In this document: positions 24,946 to 38,490 of the stretch, piece by piece
How the letters are laid out: the number at the start of each line of letters is the position of its first letter
How positions within the stretch are numbered: position 1 is the first letter of the stretch
Assembly (NCBI RefSeq): GCF_026210795.1
Contig: NC_089431.1
Location: 3,596,001 to 3,660,000, forward strand
Length of the DNA: 64,000 nucleotides
Source of the DNA: Rhizophagus irregularis
Taxonomy: Eukaryota
Direction: 5' to 3'
Notes under the pieces: generated by a model
What the model saw: the letters and a program-made list of their open reading frames with translations, nothing else
What the model was told of the DNA's origin: nothing
Database searches by the model: none
Program-made: the position numbers and the translations under genes

Positions 24946-26571
24946 ATGGCATGTTCAAAATTTTTTTCAGGAGATTTGCCTGAGTTATTAAACGAAGTCA
25001 TACAATATTTTCATTATGACTATAAAACATTACATTCATGCATATTAGTTAATAGATTATGGTGTCGTTTAGCAATTCCATTATTATGGGAAGATCCATT
25101 TTCAATCAAATTCCCTAAAAATCATCGTTTTATTGAAATTTATTTGCATAATTTAAGTGATGATGATAAAACAAAATTAAATGAATATATAATCCATAAT
25201 GACATATTTCCTTCAAATACCTTATTTAATTATCCTAAATTTATTCAATGTTTAGATACACGTAATGTTTATAATTCTATTGAAATTTGGGCATCTACAA
25301 TTGAAGAGAAACATTCCAGCTATTCACCTTCACGAATGTCAAACTTTGCAAAACTTATTTTTAGATCATTATTTCTAATATTCATTGAAAATGAAGTAAA
25401 TTTGCATAGTTTTAAAGTTATGGCTGATGATGAAGAATTTGAATGTTTTGATGCGGCTTTTGAATTAATTTTACAAAATCCGAATTTCGTTCATAATATT
25501 AAAGATTTAACACTTGATTTTGATGATGCAACTGATAATGTAAGAAAATTTATAGGATTTCTCTGCTCTAACTGCAATTCGATTTCATCATTTTATTCTC
25601 AATATTCTCATTATTATCCAATAATTGAAGAAAATTTATCACAAATGATTAAGTTTCAAGAAAACCTTAAAAAGATTTCATTTTGTTATAATAATGATCC
25701 CCCTTTATATCTACTATTGTCATCTAATTGTTCAAACACATTAAATACAATTATATTTCATTATATTGACTTTAGAAATATAAATGTTTTAAGTGAAGTA
25801 TTTAATCAATTGAATGTTTTAGAATCAATTCATATTGTTTATTGTTATTTTCTAGATTCTAAATTTATTCAACAAATTAATAATATTATAAAACCATTTA
25901 AATTAAAATCTTTATTTTTGAATTATGTGGATGAATTATTATTAGAACCGTTAATACAAAAATCTGGCAATTATTTAGAAAATTTTGGAATTACCAACTG
26001 TGAATTCCAACAATTAATACAATCACTTAAATTATATTGTAACAATATTAAATTGTTATATTTAACTATTGGACTAAATAACCAGAACATTAATTTATTA
26101 TTTGATTTAATTAAAAATATGAGACAAAATCTTAATTATCTTATAATCAATTCCAGTTTCTTTAATATGAATAAAAATATTGAAATTAGTCCAATTATAT
26201 TACAAAATTTAGGACAAATTCTTCCTTTTAAATTAGAATATTTGAATTTGGACCTTGTAATTAATGGAAGTGATTTAGAAATATTTTTAAAAAATTCCCA
26301 AAATACTTATACCAAAAAATTGTTAATTAGAAATAGAAAGAATGTAAAGAATGCAAGGAATGATGGAAGTCAAGATATTTTACCCTATATAAAAGAATAT
26401 ATAGTGAAAAAGAAAAGAGTTAAATATTTAGCTATTTTAGAATCTCTTTATGGAATAGGTGAAGATTTGTATTCTTTGAAAGATAAAGCAAAGGAATTTC
26501 AATTACATGATATTCAAGTTCTAAATTATAATGACTTTGATATTTATGATTATATAAAAGAAGCTTATTAG
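24946..26571 (+). CDS. F-box domain protein (F-box plus LRR-like region)
   Basis: 541-aa intronless ORF; N-terminal LPELLNEVIQYF..TLHSCILVNRLWCRLAIPLLW; LxxLxL-type repeats downstream. Confidence 0.85.
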   Translation: MACSKFFSGDLPELLNEVIQYFHYDYKTLHSCILVNRLWCRLAIPLLWEDPFSIKFPKNHRFIEIYLHNLSDDDKTKLNEYIIHNDIFPSNTLFNYPKFIQCLDTRNVYNSIEIWASTIEEKHSSYSPSRMSNFAKLIFRSLFLIFIENEVNLHSFKVMADDEEFECFDAAFELILQNPNFVHNIKDLTLDFDDATDNVRKFIGFLCSNCNSISSFYSQYSHYYPIIEENLSQMIKFQENLKKISFCYNNDPPLYLLLSSNCSNTLNTIIFHYIDFRNINVLSEVFNQLNVLESIHIVYCYFLDSKFIQQINNIIKPFKLKSLFLNYVDELLLEPLIQKSGNYLENFGITNCEFQQLIQSLKLYCNNIKLLYLTIGLNNQNINLLFDLIKNMRQNLNYLIINSSFFNMNKNIEISPIILQNLGQILPFKLEYLNLDLVINGSDLEIFLKNSQNTYTKKLLIRNRKNVKNARNDGSQDILPYIKEYIVKKKRVKYLAILESLYGIGEDLYSLKDKAKEFQLHDIQVLNYNDFDIYDYIKEAY

Positions 26572-29227
26572 TTATTTATGCCAAATTTAGATTAATTCAA
26601 ATATTGAAATTTTACGCTTAAGAATTTAAAATTCGTTCCCTTTGTTATATTTTAGTTTGAAATATAACAACTTGAAAATTTAATAAAAAAGAAATAGCAA
26701 AATAATATATTTAAAATTAGCTAGAATACATATAATCAAAAGAATTTATGTTTTTTTTTTGAATTAATGATAAATGAAATTATTAAATCTTTTATATTTA
26801 TCTCAAAAAAAAATTGAATTTTCAATTTGTAAACTTTTTAGTTGTTTATTAAAATAAAAAAAAATATTTGAATTTTAATATTTTACTTTGACTGTTTTCA
26901 TCCATTTTTTAAACAGTACACGGACTTTATGAACTAAATCTTTTGAGTGTTACTTCATCCATTTCGCTAAGAATTTTGTGAATTGCACTGGGTCGTGTAT
27001 TTTTTTTGTCGATTCAAAGTTATTTGATGTAGATGCTATCTTTGCTTGGAAAGTTTTGGCATACTTTATAATAAAACTTAGAAAATATTAAAAAGTTTAT
27101 TTATATGAAAGCGATGATTTTGGTTATTTAAAGTTTATTTATATAGGTGAAGGAGATTTTGGTGATGCTGATCATTTTCGATGTAAATTATCAAAGTAAT
27201 ATTTCAAAACTACTCTCCTCATTTAATTTTAAATGTAAAGGGTTCTAGCTGCTTCCATATAATTAACAGAACCTATGCTTTATGATAATGTTGCAAAAAT
27301 AGTAATAAATTGGTTTCTTGATATAAAATTATCCTATAAAGATTTAGTTAATGGTTGTTTGTCATGAAATCTTCCAAAAAAATTAAAAATAAGTTGTTTA
27401 AAGATCATAGAATGAAAAAACGCAACATTACGTTAAAGTTTGGAATAAATTATTGATCTAACTTGATAATATTTATAAATCAAGATAAGTAGTAGTGGAA
27501 GTAGAGTGTATAAGAGGTTAAAGTTGGCATGCTTAAAGTAAGGCAAATGCTAAGCGAATCTTAAGCAAATGCTATTTATTATTTGTGTGCCTAAAAAATC
27601 ACTTATTATATAGGTTATACTAAATTTTGATAAGCATAGAATATCGCACACGACACACCCCAATGTAACATGCCGAATGAATACCAGATATATAGTTATA
27701 ACAATCATAATATTAAGGATGTGGATAGAAGATATAGTGATTAACGATGATTATGTCAAATAATTGTTAAATGTATTTTGCTAATACATAATACATGATA
27801 AATTGTGTGTCTATAAGTTGAATTTCGCAAGGCATTAAATTGTCCAATAAATTATAGGGTATTGTTTAAATCATTTCGGTATGATATAGTGTAGCAGTTA
27901 TGGATTGGTTGTTTACTTACAGTTAGACATCAATAATTACTGGTCTGACAATCTAATTTAATAATTTTGCTGTGTGAATATATTATTATTACTAAAGTTA
28001 CAGATATGATACGAAACCAAATATATAAAGATCGTACTTGTAATAACACAAGCCAAATTGCGTCCAACTGATAATTAAAAGTAAAGAAGCTGAAATTGCA
28101 CAAATAAAAGAAAAAAATAAGTTTATAAAAATAAAAAATTATTATAAATTCACTAAAATTTTTATGTAGTAAAAATTCTCTAAAAGATTGACTTTTTTTA
28201 TAATATAATTAGCGTCTAAGGCATTATTGTTATTTAAAGTCATCTTGTTCTTATCTTTTGATTTTAATCAGCAAGTTTTTTTCTACTCGAACACTATAAA
28301 TATTCTGAGATTTAATAATTTTATATACTTTCTATAATTTTATCTTCAGTATAAAATTCATGTAAAAGTTTAAAAAAGGAATTTCAATAGTTAAAGTAAT
28401 TTCATTAATTATAAAAAAACCATAACAATATATTTTATTTAGGGCTGATTTTTTAATTCACTATTTAATTTAACACCTAATACAAAATTTTTTTTTTTTG
28501 AAAAATTTCATTATAATTATACTTTTATTTGAAAATAAATTTTACAAATACGTTTATAAAAATTAAGTAATCCTTTCAAGACTTTAAAACAAATCATTTA
28601 AACATTAAATAATCGGATCATTTAACGAATATAAGTAACTTTATTCCAGCAACTTGGATATTCTTAATTTACTTTTAAATGGACACTTTTAGCTTTCTCA
28701 ATTTTTGATTACGTCATAATATGTTCCTTATGATTATTAATCCATTATTTCCAGTCTCATAAATCATTGTATTGACACTTAATAATTTCTAGTCTTCAAT
28801 CTTCATATTTTTATTATTAATTGATACTTAAATATTTCCTTTTACCAATTATAAAAAGCACGTTTTAAACGATTTTTTATTTTAATATAATTCCAAATGA
28901 TCAAAATCCATACGTTAGGATTGTAATAATTCACGTGTTTACAATGATTAACTTATTATAGGAATATTTCCAAAAATATAACTTAATCCGCTGTGTCACG
29001 TATGCAGTTATGCAGTATCATGTGTGACTATAAAATTCTTTGCATGTTATATAGAATTCTTGCCATCATTTTCTAGAAATTCGTATTTCTATTAAAGACT
29101 TCTAGAAATTGTGTACAGAATTCGAAAAAAGAATTCTTTGTTTAATTATTAAATTTTAAAACATATATATTAGACAGCAGTTTTCCTTGACCCAAATTAA
29201 AAAACTAATTTTTTTTTATAAAAAAGC

Positions 29228-30893
29228 ATGGAACAACCAACAAACTCATAAAACAATACATTTCTAATTCAACAAACACAAACCATTGTTGAATCAAAAT
29301 ATAAAAGAAGTAAATGTCCCGAATGTAACAAAAGAAGGAAACCTTTAGATGAAAGCCATCAGATATGTCACGTTTTTTACAAAATAAAGATGGTATATAA
29401 GTACGGATCAAGTGGAAACAAAATTATTGATGATTTTATCAGATATACACAAATCAATCTTGTTAATGAAAACGGGAAAATGGAATATGTTCCTTATGAA
29501 CAATTCATAAATATAGAATTTATTGCTGAAGGAGGTTTTAGTAAAATTTATAAAGCTACTTGGATTGATGGCCTAGTTATTAATTATAGTAACAAAAAAT
29601 ATATTCGTTCCCAAAATTATACAGTTGTCCTCAAAAAAATTAATGATTCTAAAAACATCACATCTAAGGAGTTGAACGAGGTACAATACATAGTATGCCG
29701 TTTAATCAACAAACCTTATCATTAATAAGATTAATAAGCTTTCTTCATTTTAGCTCAAGATATTTTATGATTATTCATCAAAAAATAAAGATGATTATTA
29801 TATTGCCAGATATTTTAAAATTACTCAAGATCCTAATTCTCAAGATATCATGATTATCATGCCATATTATGATTCAGGTGACTTGAAACGTTACATTACT
29901 AAAGATTTTTTTAATATTAACTGGAGTGAAAAGCTATGGAGATTATTAGGTATAGCAATTGGACTTGATCAAATACATAAATTAAATATTATCCACAGAG
30001 ATTTACATAGTGGAAATATCTTTACTGGTAAATATGATTCCATGTTTATAGGCGATCTAGGAATTAGTAAATCTGCAACTGAATCTACAGATAATACAAA
30101 TTAAAATTATGGTATTATTCCTTATATGGCACCAGAGATTTTTCAAGGACAGAAATATACCGAAGCTTCAGATATATATAGTTTTGGAATGATTATGTGG
30201 GAGTTAATGACAGGTAGAAGACCTTTTTGGGATCGAAATCATGATACGGAACTTATTATTGATATTTGTGATGGTTTAAGACCACCAATTGTTACGAATG
30301 CACCTGAAGGATATATTGAATTAATGAAAGAATGCTGGCATTTGGATCCAAGTAAAAGGCCACAGATTACTGATATAAATAACGGAATTATGATATTGAC
30401 AAATAATGAACGGAACATAATATATAATTCAAGTAAAATTATAGAATCAACAGATATTGGACCTGTACCAAAAAGTAATCCAGGTGCCATTTATAAGAGT
30501 AGATCTTTAAGTGCCATGATTAATTCTGCAATGTCTTTAAGGAGTTCAAGAAATCAATCTATTAATTTAGAAAAATTCAAAAAAAGGTTTGAGGATGATT
30601 TAATCGAAGATAGTAATGATAATGGTATGATACTTGTAAATCGCAAATAAATTTAATTGATAAACTTTACTAAATTATTGTACTAATTAAAAAATACGTC
30701 TAGGTCAAAGTATTAAAAGAGAAAATTGTAAAAATGAAGGTAATTACATTTTCGTAAAAATACATCAAATTCATAATTTAATTTAATAAAATCGTGTAAA
30801 TATTCTTTAGATTATCTTACAAAAGAATTCGACTTAGATATTGATACGGATTTTAAGCATACTTTTATGCATACTGTAAACGAAAACTCTTAG
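29228..30893 (+). pseudogene. TKL-like kinase pseudogene, paralogue of 12167-14125
   Basis: ATG 29228 is in frame with 29390; in-frame TAA at 29249 and 30102; intron 29681-29753; HRDLHSGN, DLG, MAPE; tail micro-exons GQSIKR and DYLTKEFDLDI. 3' end approximate. Confidence 0.85.
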
Positions 30894-31183
30894 TTAATAT
30901 TACAAGTCTAGGAACTAGGATATACCAAGGAAGATATCGATACTTTGAATTATCAAAATTTATAAAGTAATTTTTCTTTTTAAACATGATCATCGTCAAT
31001 ATTAACAATTGGTTATATATCAAGTTATAGTAAATTCATTTATTATTTGTAGTCTTAAATTTATATCACCAGTATATTTATATTTCAGTTTAAAACATGT
31101 ATTGATTTTTTGATTTTTTATTGTATCTTTTTTCAAATTTTCTTTATTCATATATTTATAGCTAATAGCTAATTTCAAAAAGG

Positions 31184-31387
31184 TCGGGACACTTGGCAAA
31201 TTTTAAAGAACTCTGAAATATTCAGTAAAAGCTTGATATAAAATAAAAATTATACGCTAATTTTGAAGTATTGTTCCGAGAATGGTGGTATAATTTTATC
31301 TTATCTTGAAATAAAATAAAATAAAATTAAATAATATGAGCTTTACCAAATATTTCCGAGTTCTTTAGAATTTGCTAAATGTCCTGA
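31184..31387. mobile_element. MITE-like element with ~54-bp imperfect inverted termini
   Basis: tcgggacacttggcaaattttaaagaactctgaaatatt.. versus reverse complement of the right end tcaggacatttagcaaattctaaagaactcggaaatatt.. Confidence 0.65.
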
Positions 31388-32284
31388 AATCAGCTGCATA
31401 TGACTATAAAAATTGTTGATATGATTAGTTTAAATTTAGTTAACTTAATTAATTTGATTTTTATTAAAATAAAAAATTTCATTTATTTACTTACAAACTC
31501 AATTAAGATGGATGATGAATATAGAAAATCATAAATATAAAAAAATTAACATAGAAGTAATTAAAATAATCGTTATTATAAACAATTTTTAAAATAATTG
31601 CCCATAATCGCTATATAAAATGGAAATCTAGACGACAATAGAATATATTTACGATCATATTTCCACCGTAAGAATGTTCCTAAAATCGAATATATTTAAA
31701 AATTAAATGATAAAAATCGAAAATTAATTAAAAGTACTTACGATAGAAAATAAATAAAGTTCCTAAAAAACTAAAGATATTGACTGTTAATGGAATAATC
31801 ATCACAATGTAAAAATCAGTTTCAACACCATAACCATAATTTACTTTTTGCTGGACATTATTTATAGTATCATAAATAAAAGAAAGAATGAGGTAAATAT
31901 AGTGATATGAATCATATGAATCGAATATGATAGTAAACTCATTTTTCTTTATAAATTATAAGAATGCGAGAATTATCGTATTGTGTGAGATGGCAACACC
32001 TTTATATAACATGTATATCAATAATATATTACCCGTTTACGAATATTAATCAAAATTAAAAAGATTGTGATACAGACCTTTACGAATATCATGTCTACAC
32101 TTTCCATAAACACTTTAATAACAATTTTGTATCGTTTTAATTTATCCTATTGTAATAAGTACAGGTTATAAAGTAATCATCACGCGGATCCTAACTGTAA
32201 ACTATAATTGTAAACATTGTTTTGAGGTCTTGAGTATAAAGATTTAAGCTTATCAATTCAATGACTTGGTATATTTGTTTATTT

Positions 32285-35200
32285 TATTTTATTTTATTTT
32301 ATGTGAAGTTAGGATAGACAATTAATCAGGATATATACCCTCAAAAGGGAATTAATCCTACTTCTTGCTATCATCTATTCTAGAACACCCGAACTTCTTT
32401 ATAAATGGTAACTAGAGAACTCCTTTGCTACTACCAACATAGGAGCGGCCAGGAAAAATAAAACAAACCGCTAAAAATAATGATCCCGTATTTTTCTTTC
32501 AACATAAAAGTTGCCACCTGTAAATACTGTCATAGGTGGAGTGGTTCACACTATTCTAATTGTTTTTGTAAAAAAAATATCAAACCATCCCAAAAGGGAA
32601 TACAAACTAGAAATAGAAAATATCTATATATATTTAAAAATGACTTCTAAAAAAAAACAATAAAACTATATAATAAAATAGTTAATGAAGAAAAATTAAA
32701 TCTAAAAATTTGGACGGACCCGCCTTCAAGAAGTCATCGAATAATCACATAGAGTCAAAGCGGGAGCATACCTTACGTATCAGTCGACGTTCAGTATGAT
32801 TAGCATCACTATTACAAACAGATGGTGAAGTGTACATCACTAAATTTTCAGGCTGACCAGCAACTGTTATTGGACATATGTCCACTAACTGTCTATTGAC
32901 AGACCCTCCGCAGGTTGGACGTTATATTATGTACGTCCATAAACCGTAAACTTCAGGTATATGGACGTCTAATTAAAATTATATTTGGTATTTATATACA
33001 ATATTATTGTATATAATATTAAATTAAAATTTACCTGCCTTAAGATTTGAACCTAGGACCTTAAATACTTTTTCGCGACCTAACCATTAGACTATTTAAA
33101 CTTTTAATATATAATATATAAATTTTTAATTTATTTAAGTTGAAATTATTAAGTTAATACTAATAAAATGTAGTTTATTACTAGTGACCAGTTTGGACGA
33201 TCTTTAAATTTCGGTTATAAGACAGTATTGTCTGATTACTGTCCGCAAATATAATGATTATACCAATTAATGAGTTAATTGTCCATTAACAGTTATTGGA
33301 CACATTTTTCGTTAATTTTATGTAAAAATCCTAATGTAAAATTTACGATTTTGATCAGGGATAGTTATTGGACTTCCTGATAATTTAGTGATGTATGTTC
33401 TAAGAATAGAAACTGGACAATCCCATTACGGGTTCTTTTTTTGTTAGGAGAACTTAAATCGTAATTGATATTATTATTCAATAATGTATCCCTTTTATTA
33501 GGGTGAAATTCTTTACGTTTCATGTCATCGGAAATATTTCTGTCTTTTTCGATGGAAAATTTGTCAAGAAATTTTTGATAGGAATGTAGACGCTTGTTAT
33601 ATTTATCCATATATTCCTTGTAATCAACTTCAATGTTGGTGAACTGACATCTCAAATCATTTCTTGTAACGTTATATCGACGCTTTTCATTATTAAGATA
33701 GTTTTCATGATAAGTAACCAAACTTTGATGATAAAAAGTTGAAAGTTCTGTAAGACGTGTTTTCTGTTCCTCACATTATTCATAGTGCTTTTTTGTTGAT
33801 CCATGCTTGAAGATATGTTGAGCCTTTAATTGTGTCTGTTCCTTTTTCGCCTGTGATTTTGCGATCTTTGCTGCTTCAATGCGCCTTTGTTTGAGTAAAT
33901 CATCCATATAAGTAAACCATTGATGAGAACCAGGGGCGATAAAAACGTCATCGGTGGAGTAAATTGGGTGAGGCGGGATAATGTCCTGATACTTAACAGG
34001 AATAAACATATTTGGTCGTGGACTAAAATTTTTGACTGTAGGTATAAGAGCATCACGAGGGAGTAAGAAATTATAATCTTTTTTCCAGGGAGTGGACCTG
34101 GCTATTTTGTAGAGTAAATGTTCAATCCTAATCGGTAAAATCTGTGAGTCAGTGAAAAGGAATCAATGGCATCTGCCAATATTCACATAATCTCCAAAAG
34201 TTAGATCACTATTTTTGTTCAGGGACTTGTATTTATTAAAGGTCCTTCGATATGAACGATCGTAATGTTCTTTCTGTTTTCTTGCAATACATGAATTGGA
34301 ACTCATTGAGCGTTTAAGATTGCTCAATTTTTTCATATAAATGTGTTTGTGACCAGATAATCATACGTGATCAAGAGAATAAGCGCTATAACTAGCTTGA
34401 TAAGATATCCCTGTTCTATTTGAAAAAATGTCTTTCTTGTAATTAGAAGACCATCGAGTATGAAGAAGATTAGCATGAGAGACTTTAGAATTATTAAAGA
34501 TAGGTAAATCTTTAGAAATATTCCTATTCGTTGAGCTGACAGAAATATCTTGATAATGTTTGATAAAGTGAGAGCCGCAAGCGTGTCTATTATCAGACAT
34601 AATAATTGGACTAGGAATTATACAAGTTGACTAAATAAAGGACAAATCAATTGCATGATTGCAAGGAATATAGATACCAAAGTAAAAGCAGTATTTTTTG
34701 TAAGAAAAATTAAAAAAAGTTTTTGTAGATTTATTTCGCTGATCACTTTTTTGTTCACATGATTTGATAAATTAATATACTCCAATAATTTCTTGCAAAC
34801 AAGATTGAAATATTTTTTTTGAATTCATCGAGGAATAACTCTTTGTCCAGAAAAAAAATGCTGAAGTCCTTTGCTAATTTGATATTTGGCATTAGGGAGT
34901 TTACTCGTGAAAATGTATTTAATCGGTTACTAGACATATGATAATCATTTGTGTGTATTCATAAATGAATTTCATTGGTGTCTGGAATTTGATCAACCAT
35001 CTCAAAAAAGAAACTTTTTGAACGTCTAAATTCGTAGATCTTGTTATAACCAATTCGTTAACCTTTGGTCACATGAAATTTTTTGAAAAAAATGAGAAGA
35101 GGAGTCTGCGCATTCTCGCCAGAATTATATGTAAAAGGAGGAGTTGTAGAAGTAATATCCTTTTTTAAGGTAATAATTTTGTTGACAAGAGATGAATTTT

Positions 35201-35695
35201 CAGGGAGACTGTTCTGTAGTTCAGTATAGTCACATGATGGTATTATAGGAAGACTTGAAGAGGACGTTATATGTTCATCATTAATTGAAGTATTTGAAGA
35301 ATAAATATCTTCGTGTTGAAAAGGGTGAGTAGTTACTCAAAAATAATCATTAATATCGAGAGAAAGTAAGTCCTTTGTGGTAAGTGTATCATAGTTATTG
35401 GACTTATTTGTGTCATTATATAAGTCAGCAACTGGTGTTCTAGTATATGTGTCTATTTAAACGAAAGAATTTTCTGCTGGTGGTGCAGACCAGTCTATAA
35501 CGACATGGGTTGAAGAAGTTATAGTCCCTTGAGTTCAGGTTAAAGTAAGAACAAAAACCTTGTATGCAACTGAAGCGCCCTTCAGGAACTCTTCCCCTTT
35601 GGCATTTCAGCATAGTGGAAACTAAAAAAAAAACCTTGCACTTTTTACTGCGGAAAACAAACAAAAATAAAAAAAAGGAAAAAGAGTTTCTTTTT
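32285..35695 (-). mobile_element. Non-LTR-type retro-insertion lacking reverse transcriptase, carrying one degraded ORF
   Basis: 19-bp direct repeat TTGGTATATTTGTTTATTT at 32266-32284 and 35696-35714; (TAAAA)n tail at 32285-32301; fragmented minus ORF from ATG 35613 (MLKCQRGR..) through the 34361, 33776 and 33365 ORFs to ~32682. Confidence 0.75.
32771..33360. mobile_element. Nested non-autonomous insertion (CC..GGG ends, ATA flanks) containing a tRNA-like segment
   Basis: ATA at 32768-70 and 33361-63; removing the insert keeps the host ORF frame (VQ*LCSRFDSM*LFDDFLKAGPSKF); internal GTCCA/TGGAC repeats. Confidence 0.55.
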
Positions 35696-36610
35696 TTGGT
35701 ATATTTGTTTATTTCATCATTGGCGCATTGTTAAATTAATATGTGACATCACGTGATTTAATTTTCTGAAGGCCAATGTATTACGTACACAAAAATGATC
35801 ACGACATAATTATAATTAAGTAATCACAATAAATTAAATTTGACATTTATTTCTTTGATTGGTTTGTACAGTACAATAATTCAAAAATTTTTTTTTAAAT
35901 AAACGTGTATTGTAACTATAAAAACTATAAAATTTAAATTTATTTTATCTTGTAATAATTTTATAATAGAAGAGATTTTCATGTTAAATACAAACATAAT
36001 GCTCATACTTAAAATAAATTTTCATTTATATCAATTCGATAAAATCAAATAAAATAAAGCAAGAATCTGACATCTGGATAAAAATTTGATCGGCTCATAT
36101 TTCAGGGCCCAAGAATTTTTTGGATGTTCACCTGGATACTTTATATATTTTAGTACATTTTCTGAAAAAAAAGTTTATCATACGGCAAAATAGACAATAT
36201 TTAATATGCAAATTTCACAATATTGCAATCAACAATCAATTTGTAATAAATAAAAAAATTACTAAAATCAAACCATAAATATTTCTTGTGAGCTACATAG
36301 TATAGTGGGTCTTTTTTTTAAATGTACAAGTTACAGTATTTCATAACTTAATTTAATAAAGTGTTTCATATAGGAAAGAATAAATAATTTTTTTTTATCA
36401 TTCATCTTTTGTTTTTGCTAAAACTAGATTCCTAAATACTTGTTTCAAAGATTCTAGAGATTCATATGATTCCTGCTTAGTAAATTGAAATAATTATTTT
36501 TTTTATTTTTGTAACTCTTTTTTTTATTTAGTAGATTCAGAATAGGACTTCTGGAAAAATGTAAGAATAAACTAAATTTTGCATGTATTATTACGATGCT
36601 TAGTTAAAGT

Positions 36611-37466
36611 TAGTGCTCCGCAAAATTCAGGTCTAACCTGGATAATTCAACCTGAGTGAATTTTAAATCGGATCAGTACTAGCAATTTTAATAACCTGTG
36701 ACCCGCATGACCCGACCCATCAGGTTGGGTCATTCATTTCCTTGACTTGAGTTTTGACCTGAATTAGATCCGGATGATCATTAAAATCACTGATCACAAT
36801 TGATTACGCGTTAATATTGATTACGTTTATATAATTTTGTTAGATGAATGAGGTAGTATATCCTCACTTAGCGAAAATTGCTAGAGACACCTTGCAATTA
36901 TGGGTATGTGTATGAATTATTATTTTAATTATTAACATTACATTAACTAATAAGTTGATTTTGATGATTAATAAAGCAACCAGCATTCCAGTAGTTTCTG
37001 GTAGAACCGATTTGATAGCTGCAAAAAGATGTAGTCTTAAAGCAAATACAATTATAGCATGAATGTATTTAAAGTCCTGGCAAGACATAAAGTATAGTCA
37101 AATTTCTGTTAAAGCAAGTGATATAATTTTGATTTTATAGTTCAAATATAAAGCAATAAATAAACAGGAATTGAAGATATCTTTAAATTCGTACTTAGCT
37201 TTAGTTTTAATAACAAAAAGTTGTGACCTATATGATCATCTTGTAGATCAATTACCTTGCGTTATTGAAAAAATTATATTTGAAAAAATATTTTTGATAT
37301 ATTACTAAGCATACAGTATATTATCCAATGAAAATTTTGGGTCTAACCTGGGTTATTCAAATTAAATATACTCAGGTCAGGTTAAAATTGGATCATTTCT
37401 ATTTTTGCCAGGTCGAGTCAGATATATCCTCCAAACCTGACCGAATCTGACCCAGTAGGAGCACTA
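36611..37466 (+). mobile_element. Internally deleted hAT element
   Basis: TIR TAGTGCTCC/GGAGCACTA; flanks gttaaagt / gtt(att)aaagt; subterminal ACCCG/GACCTGA repeats; hAT dimerisation-domain remnant ATSIPVVSGRTDLIAAKRCSLKANTIIA*MYLKSW at 36976-37080. Confidence 0.8.
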
Positions 37467-37789
37467 GTTATTAAAGTATATTTATTAAAGGATTAATTTT
37501 ATATTCACCAGTGGTTAATTTAAAATTAATTTACCAGGTGGTGAATTTTACCTCTAGTGAATTTACCAGTAATATGATAATTTTAGTTTTATATTAATTT
37601 TGTTTGTATTACATTTTACAATTTCATACACGTAAATAAAAATTTTTTTATAAATTTTTTTAAACTGTAACTTTTTTCCAAATATACTATTAAACCCATA
37701 CAACTCAATTTCATAAATTAGAAATAAAATTTATAAAGAAATTTGTGTTTTTTGTACTGTCTAACTCCTAAAGTTTTATATTTTTTATT

Positions 37790-38490
37790 TAATAAATTTA
37801 GAGTGTAATTTCACCACTTTAGTCATATGAAATCAACTTCTTTTATTAATTGAAAGTTGTTCAATAGAGCCAAAACTACTTGTATATTATTTTTATAAGT
37901 GTAAATATAATACATATAAAGAAACCCATATTTTTCATAATGGTACTAACTTTCAAATTTTTTTTTATTTATTAACTTCGGAGCGTAATTTCACCACTTT
38001 AGTCAAATGAAATCGACTTAATTGACTTTCTAAATTAATTGAAAATTATTCAGCAAAGTCAAAACTATTTGTATATTAATTTTCATGGGTGTAGGTATAA
38101 TACATATGGAGAAACTTACATTTTAAATAACTGTACTAACTTTCAAATTTTTTTTTCTGTTTATTAACTTCAGCGTGTAATTTCACCACTTTAGTCAAAT
38201 GAAATTGACTTTCTAAATTAATTGAAAATTATTCAGCAAGGTCAAAACTACTTGTATATTAATTTTTATGGGTATAGATATAATACATATGGAAAAATCT
38301 ACATTTTTCATATAAATGGTACTAACTTTCAAATTTTTCTTTTTTCCATTTACTAACTTTAGAGTGTAATTTCACCATTTTAGTCAAATGAAATTTACTT
38401 CCTTTATTAATTGAAAGTTGTTTAGCAGTATAAAATCTACTTAATACTTGTAAGATTTATCACATTTTTTATAATAATACTAACTTATGA
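37790..38490. repeat. Tandem array of four ~180-192-bp units inside a TIR-like bounded region (~37479-38920)
   Basis: The unit marker G(A/C)G(T/C)GTAATTTCACCA starts at 37801, 37981, 38173 and 38362; flanking TTCACCAGTGG / CCACTGGTGAA inverted motifs. Confidence 0.8.

Noticed and set aside
26900..27420. Possible second F-box remnant on the minus strand
   Set aside because: Too degraded to support by eye.
33034..33095. Functional tRNA gene
   Set aside because: Only A/B-box-like motifs; no complete cloverleaf.
35520..35695. Possible self-cleaving ribozyme at the 5' end of the retro-insertion
   Set aside because: I could not build an HDV-like or hammerhead fold; the GC-richer part is simply the ORF start.
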